Of a stretch of DNA of 64,000 bases, positions 58,625 to 64,000 are shown piece after piece. Below the pieces are notes generated by a model. That model saw only the letters and a list, made by a program, of their open reading frames with translations, was not told where the DNA came from and ran no database searches. This DNA is from Candidatus Omnitrophota bacterium. Lineage in GTDB: Bacteria > Omnitrophota > Gorgyraeia > Zapsychrales > JAHFFX01. A program made the translations under genes and the position numbers. Position 1 is the stretch's first letter. Every line of letters begins with the position of its first letter. The stretch lies in NCBI GenBank assembly GCA_023247725.1, contig JAHFFW010000006.1:11210-75209 (forward strand), read 5' to 3'.

Positions 58625-60442
58625 TTGTTGAATGGAGGAAGAATCGTCAATAAAATCAAATTTACCATGCCAGTATCTCCAGCCATTAATCGCCGCTACA
58701 GCATCGTGGCGATTCTCATTCTCATTGTGTTGGGAGGGCTCATCTATATCTTCTCCTTGCCCAATGCCATGTTCTGGGATGATGAGGATTTCATTCTTAA
58801 AAATGTTTTCTTGCGCGACTGGCACGACTTCCCTCGATTCTTCAGCGAGAATGTGATTGCCGGATCCCATCTCCTTAGCAATTATTGGCGGCCGCTGTTA
58901 TTGACGGTATTTTCCGCCGAATGGCATCTATGGCACGGTCGTCCCGCCGGCTGGCATTTGGTAAATTTCGGTGTTCATCTGGCCGATAGTATTCTCCTTT
59001 TTTTTCTTATCCGCCGGCTTTTTGGTCTTCCGCGGCTGGCCTTTCTGGTGAGCCTCCTTTTCCTCATCCATCCGATTCAGACCGAGGCCGTCGTTTATAT
59101 TAACAGTCTGGGAGATCCTTTATCCGTTCTTTTTGTCTTTGCGGGGTTGATCTTCTACCATCGAAGCCGCACATCCAATAACGAAAATGATTATGCGCTT
59201 TCCATGTTCATGTATATCCTGGGACTACTCAGTAAAGAAACGGCGTTCATGATGCCGTCCCTTCTGTTTCTGGTCGAATTCTTTCTCCTTGATCCAGGGC
59301 TTTCAACTCGACAAAAATGGAAACAGATCCTGCGCTGGCTATGGCCTTTTATTTTGATGGCGGGCATTTATCTCGGCTTACGGGCCACGGTCTTAAATTT
59401 CAACGGGACATTCAATTTTTATAAAGAACCGGATCTTTTCTCAACCAACTGGGCCATTCGATTATTTACATTCTTCCGGGTCCTGACGGTGTATCTGGGA
59501 CTTTTGATCTGGCCGATCCATTTGCACGTTGAACGCAGTGTTCCCATCGCGACGAGCATTTTTCGAACCGATGTTTTTCTAGGATGCCTTGTTTTTTTTG
59601 GCGCCCTCATCGCCATATTCAGATTGGGCCGCAAGAGGCCGCTCATCAATTTTTCGCTCGGCTGGTTTTTCTTGACCCTTCTTCCGGCTTCCAATCTTTT
59701 CATCCCCATCAACGCCTTGCTTTATGAGCATTGGCTTTATGTTCCCATGATTGGCTTTCTTTTACCTCTCCTGGGTGAGGGACTCAAACTGGCCGAACGT
59801 TACCACCTTAAGGTCATTCTTTGTGTCTGCTTTCTCCTCAGCGCCTTTTCGTTTTCTTTTTTATCCATCCAACGAATTTTGGAATGGCGGGATCCCATCC
59901 GATTTTATGAGCTCACTCTCGAATACGCGCCCAAGAGTTACCGGGTCATCAACAATTTAGGAATGGCCTATGCGGACCGGGGATTTTTGGATAAAGCTCA
60001 AGCGGCCTATGAGCGTGCGATTTCGATTGATCCCTCTAATCCCGTCGCTCATCACAATATTGGAAATCTGTTCCTCGCACAAAACCGTTTGGAGGCCGCC
60101 CGAAAAGAATATGAAACCGCCATTCGGGTGGATCCAAAATTTCTTTTTACTTATCCCTATCTCGCCAATCTATATCTTAGGACCAACGATTATCCCTCGG
60201 CTCGGCGAACCTTGGAAAAACTCTTTCCCTATAGCCAAGATCCGTTGGGCACTCTGCAGACCCTTTTCGATATTGCCCTTCAAGAAAAAAACTATCCAGC
60301 GGCATTTACCTATATCACCCGCGCACTGGCTCTTTCGCCCCATAACTGGATGATTCAAAAATCTTTCCAAGAATTACAAATGCGGGTGAATCCCTCAACC
60401 TCACCTGCGTCCCTCTCTCCTCCGTCGACAATCCCCCGATAA
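58625..60442 (+). CDS. TMTC-like GT-C glycosyltransferase with C-terminal TPRs
   Basis: FWDD, YWRPL, HPIQTEAV, LLSKE and EHWLYVP motifs followed by TPR repeats. The start is probably the ATG at 58667. Confidence 0.85.
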   Translation: MLNGGRIVNKIKFTMPVSPAINRRYSIVAILILIVLGGLIYIFSLPNAMFWDDEDFILKNVFLRDWHDFPRFFSENVIAGSHLLSNYWRPLLLTVFSAEWHLWHGRPAGWHLVNFGVHLADSILLFFLIRRLFGLPRLAFLVSLLFLIHPIQTEAVVYINSLGDPLSVLFVFAGLIFYHRSRTSNNENDYALSMFMYILGLLSKETAFMMPSLLFLVEFFLLDPGLSTRQKWKQILRWLWPFILMAGIYLGLRATVLNFNGTFNFYKEPDLFSTNWAIRLFTFFRVLTVYLGLLIWPIHLHVERSVPIATSIFRTDVFLGCLVFFGALIAIFRLGRKRPLINFSLGWFFLTLLPASNLFIPINALLYEHWLYVPMIGFLLPLLGEGLKLAERYHLKVILCVCFLLSAFSFSFLSIQRILEWRDPIRFYELTLEYAPKSYRVINNLGMAYADRGFLDKAQAAYERAISIDPSNPVAHHNIGNLFLAQNRLEAARKEYETAIRVDPKFLFTYPYLANLYLRTNDYPSARRTLEKLFPYSQDPLGTLQTLFDIALQEKNYPAAFTYITRALALSPHNWMIQKSFQELQMRVNPSTSPASLSPPSTIPR

Positions 60443-60543
60443 CCAACCCACAAGCGCTCCTTTTTCGCTTCCGATAGGCAGGAGGGGAAAACTTGCCCTT
60501 TCTCATTTTAAAGACACAGTTGTTGACTTTTTCTCAATCAGGT

Positions 60544-61761
60544 CTAACGATGACTGCGGTAGGGCCGCCGGGCCCTCCAGAATCCTCGGTGGGCAGAACC
60601 TCCCGAACTGCGCGAAGCTGAAATAAAATTTTCCGCGGGAATTTCCGGATGCCTTGATATCGGTAGCGTCGCCCGGATCAACCGTTCGATATCCTGCACG
60701 TCCTGTTTCTGGTCGGCGGTGGCAAAAGAGATCGCATGGCCCGACATCCCGGCGCGTCCGGTGCGTCCAATGCGATGCACATAATTTTCAGCGTCTTCTG
60801 GTAAGTCGTAATTGATCACGAGTTCAATCCCCTTGACATCAATACCCCGAGAAGCGATGTCCGTGGCGACGAGGATCCGGTACTTTCCAGTCTTAAAACC
60901 TTCTAAGGCTTCTCGCCTTTGGCCCAGGGAACGGTCGGAATGGATCTCGGCAGCCCGATGCCCGTGCTGCTTTAGATAACCGACGATCCGGTGCGCCGAA
61001 AGCTTGGTACGACAAAACAAAAGAATGCTGCCACGAAACTGTCCCAGCAGTTTGTTCAATAACGTCTTTTTCATATCGGGTTTAACAATAAAAAGCTCAT
61101 GGGTCACGTTTTCGGCCTTGGTTCCGGAGGGCGCAATTTCGATAGAAACCGGCACGCGCATATGACGGTGGACAACAGTCAAGATTTCCGAAGGCATGGT
61201 CGCAGTAAAAAGCATGGTCTGCCGTTCTCTGGGTAAGACCTTGAGAATCCGTTCAATTTGGGGGGCAAAGCCCATATCGAACATCCGATCCGCTTCATCG
61301 AGGACTAAGGTTTTAACCTCGTGCAAATGAACCTTGCGCTGTTCCATGAGGTCGATCAGTCGGCCGGGAGTTGCCACGACGACGCGGGGATGAACGGAAA
61401 GCGCCCTGATTTGTAAAGGGATGGGTTCACCGCCAATGAGGACCACGGTCCGGATTCCCAAGGGCCGACCGATCTTGGCAAAAATTTCTTCGACTTGCAG
61501 GGCCAGCTCTCGTGTCGGAACCACCACCAACGCCTTTTCTTTATTGGATACGAGTTTCTGAACGATCGGAATGACAAAGGCCAAGGTCTTCCCGGTTCCG
61601 GTTTGGGCAATGCCCATCAGATCCTTCCCTTCCAGGGCTAAGGGAATCGCTTGATGCTGAATCGGAGTCGCGTTCTTAAACTTCATCTTATGGAGGCTCT
61701 CAATGATCCTTGGCGCGATTCCTAAACCAAAGAATTGATCATGGGTTTGTTCTGGTTCCAA
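60544..61761 (-). CDS. DEAD-box RNA helicase
   Basis: AQTGTGKT, PTRELA, TPGR, DEAD and HRIGRTGRAG motifs; TTG start after AAGGAG. Confidence 0.95.
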   Translation of the reverse strand: MEPEQTHDQFFGLGIAPRIIESLHKMKFKNATPIQHQAIPLALEGKDLMGIAQTGTGKTLAFVIPIVQKLVSNKEKALVVVPTRELALQVEEIFAKIGRPLGIRTVVLIGGEPIPLQIRALSVHPRVVVATPGRLIDLMEQRKVHLHEVKTLVLDEADRMFDMGFAPQIERILKVLPRERQTMLFTATMPSEILTVVHRHMRVPVSIEIAPSGTKAENVTHELFIVKPDMKKTLLNKLLGQFRGSILLFCRTKLSAHRIVGYLKQHGHRAAEIHSDRSLGQRREALEGFKTGKYRILVATDIASRGIDVKGIELVINYDLPEDAENYVHRIGRTGRAGMSGHAISFATADQKQDVQDIERLIRATLPISRHPEIPAENFISASRSSGGSAHRGFWRARRPYRSHR

Positions 61762-61929
61762 GGAAGCTCCTTTCCAGGCTGCACAACGAATCCACTATTC
61801 TCGCTATAAAATATTCAGCATTCTTTGTCCAGCCGAATATCCCAGCGGTGAAAAAAACAAATCTATTATATCAGTAAAGAGCAATTTAAAAAGCCTGCGG
61901 TTGCAATTGGTGCGGGCAGCCCAGGGCAC

Positions 61930-61972
61930 AAAAAAGGCTCCGCGTTTTTTCTCGGTAAAAACAGCGGAGCCT
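61930..61972 (-). terminator. Intrinsic terminator
   Basis: aggctccgc...gcggagcc followed by a T run. Confidence 0.75.
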
Positions 61973-62263
61973 CAAAGCCTAACCAACCCTACCGGTATGC
62001 GGCCGTCGGAGAAGGGCACATCTCTTCGGCAAATTTCTTAATTCTTTCCTTTAGAAATTTCCTCTAACGAAACCGGATACAAAAAATAAACTTTCTTTCG
62101 CCCCAATATTTTTTCGTTGGGACTTAGCAGGACCGTTCCTCCGCAACTCAAACACGAAAGTATTTGAACGAGGGAGAACGAGAATATCGTTGCGAAGCAA
62201 AACCGACAATTCTATTAGTTTTGCGTAGCAGAATAATATGGGGACAACTGTCCACCCACCTAC

Positions 62264-63283
62264 TTAATACCGATGCCGCAAACTGGCCCAAGGCTCACCT
62301 TCGGCCAATTCTTCCAGACGTTGAAACAGCCGCGTATTTTCCAAAGCAATGCCTACCGCCCTGGCCATGACACAGAGCATTTTCAAATCCAAGTCGGTAA
62401 ATACCTTCCAAGAGCCATCGAGTTTGTCCGCCATATTAATAATTCCCAACAAGCGCGGTCCAAACATTACCGGCACGCTCATAAATGAGCGGGTCGGATA
62501 ATAGGGGCGGTTGGGATGTTGGAAATGTTGATCGTATTCGATGTTTAAAACCAAAGTGGGTTCGCGTTTTTGTGCAACGATCCCCGCAATCGATTCACCC
62601 ATCTTTATATGAGTGTTGCGAATGGTCGACTCCTCCAATCCATGAGCAGCTAGGATAGAAAGCTCTTCTTTTTGTTGGTCATAAAGCATAAACGAACATT
62701 TTTGCGCTTTGAGGATACCGGCAATCTGATCGACGGAAAAATTACCAAGCTGTTGGACATCATGGATAAGACTCAAGCTTTCCTCAAAGTTTAAAATCTG
62801 ATTCAGTTCATCCTTTTCTTCTTTAAAACTTTCTTCGATTCTTTTCTTTTCGGTAATATCGTGAACGATTCCTTCCACGCCCATGATGCGATTGGCTTCG
62901 TCTTTGACCCAATTACCGGTGACCGAAAAAACCGCGACCGAACCGTCTTTGCGTTTATTGCGCACTTCGTAATCGCAAACAAATCCCGCTTTTTCCATGG
63001 CCTTTAAGAAAGACTGACGATCATCGGGGTTGGCATATAATTCCTTCGCCAAATTCTTTCCCAAAAGATCATCTTTCCGTGAATACCCGAGCATCGATAC
63101 AAACGCCGAATTGACATACATCAAGTTTCCTTGCTCATCGGCGATGTAGACGCCTGCGCGGCTTTCTTCGATAAGCTGACGGAACACTTTGTTTGGTTCC
63201 AAATAAAGCAAGGTGTAAAATTTTGTTTTGGTTAATAGGCTGTTCATTTTATCGTCTCCTTTTTTTAAGGATGAACCAAACAT
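62264..63283 (-). CDS. PAS-GAF sensor protein without output domain
   Basis: PAS/PAC (YVNSAF..MLGYS, RKDGS, HDITEKK) followed by a GAF domain. Confidence 0.85.
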   Translation of the reverse strand: MFGSSLKKGDDKMNSLLTKTKFYTLLYLEPNKVFRQLIEESRAGVYIADEQGNLMYVNSAFVSMLGYSRKDDLLGKNLAKELYANPDDRQSFLKAMEKAGFVCDYEVRNKRKDGSVAVFSVTGNWVKDEANRIMGVEGIVHDITEKKRIEESFKEEKDELNQILNFEESLSLIHDVQQLGNFSVDQIAGILKAQKCSFMLYDQQKEELSILAAHGLEESTIRNTHIKMGESIAGIVAQKREPTLVLNIEYDQHFQHPNRPYYPTRSFMSVPVMFGPRLLGIINMADKLDGSWKVFTDLDLKMLCVMARAVGIALENTRLFQRLEELAEGEPWASLRHRY

Positions 63284-63301
63284 CCTACATAAACAAAAAG
63301 T

Positions 63302-64000
63302 TCACCCGGAAATCTGATTTCTCCCCTTCTGTTTGGCTGCATATAAATGGCTATCGGCTCGCCGTATAAGGTCATGCCGGTCGGTCTGGTCATTGCCTTG
63401 AGCCAAGCCAACACTCACGCTGATGGGATGCTGGGCAGGCAATTCCGAAATTTTTGTTCGAATTTTCTCAGCCGTGATCCTGGCTTGACTTAAATCCGTC
63501 TCTGGCAGAATCACCACAAATTCGTCGCCGGCATAACGACAAACGACATCCGTTGTGCGCACATTTTGTTTAATCACTTTTACCACAGTTTTAAGAAGTT
63601 TATCCCCCTCCAAATGTCCAAAGGTATCATTATAAGACTTCAATTGATCGATATCGATCATCAAAAACGACAGATTTCTTCCATAGCGCTTGGAGCGCAC
63701 GACCTCATAATCCAGAGTTTGAGTAAGATAACGATAATTGTAAATGCCGGTCAAAGCATCAGTCATCGAAATATACTTGAGTTCACGATACAATTTGGCA
63801 TTTTCGATGGCAATCCTCACCTGACGGACAATCATAAAAAGGATTTTCAAATCCAAATCGGTAAAAACATCGCCGTGCTTCCCTTTTTTATGGGAAACGT
63901 TAATGATCCCCAATAAATGATCTTTCAATTCAATTGGAACGCTTAGAAATGTTTCGCTTTGATAAAGAGCCCCGTCTATTCTGGAAGAATGTTTGTGAGA
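63302..64000 (-). CDS. GAF-GGDEF diguanylate cyclase-like protein (3' part; frame open to the window end)
   Basis: TDALTGIYN, DIDQLKSYNDTFGH, RTTD I-site and RYAGDEF. Confidence 0.9.
   Translation of the reverse strand, partial: SHKHSSRIDGALYQSETFLSVPIELKDHLLGIINVSHKKGKHGDVFTDLDLKILFMIVRQVRIAIENAKLYRELKYISMTDALTGIYNYRYLTQTLDYEVVRSKRYGRNLSFLMIDIDQLKSYNDTFGHLEGDKLLKTVVKVIKQNVRTTDVVCRYAGDEFVVILPETDLSQARITAEKIRTKISELPAQHPISVSVGLAQGNDQTDRHDLIRRADSHLYAAKQKGRNQISG

Noticed and set aside
61762-62263. Riboswitch (e.g. c-di-GMP) upstream of the DEAD-box helicase
   Set aside because: Only a terminator hairpin is evident and no aptamer consensus was recognised. It more simply terminates the upstream PAS-GAF transcript.

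Overview
Gene-dense bacterial window, almost entirely minus-strand. The gene complement suggests a diderm, possibly PVC/Omnitrophota-like organism (inference only). In order it holds carB/carA, glpD/glpK, lnt, an ECF sigma factor with an anti-sigma/vWA fusion, and a ~30 kb nitrogen-assimilation supercluster. That cluster contains gltD, gltB, nadE, GS-III, GS-I, P-II, amt, nitrate reductase, an Fe-S/DmsC-like fusion, a porin, a NarK transporter, nirD, nirB and a GAF-GAF-ANTAR regulator. It is followed by nqrABCDEF with an NqrM-like sORF, thiolase, a Pta-like protein, sucCD, a TMTC-like protein, a DEAD-box helicase and PAS/GAF/GGDEF genes. The main discovery is an RNA-level nitrogen regulon. Three near-consensus sigma70 promoters each drive a leader with one 5' 'anchor' ANTAR-type hairpin followed by 2-3 serial ANTAR hairpin/intrinsic terminator modules (10 hairpins in all, consensus C-ANNGNN-G). 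The leader with the most terminators controls only an unannotated 41-codon small hydrophobic protein gene. Other observations are a deletion scar fusing Fe-S gene and nitrate ABC ATPase remnants, a HEPN-MNT module inside gltB-gltD, and several families of palindromic intergenic repeats, some nested. No rRNA, tRNA or CRISPR array was seen.
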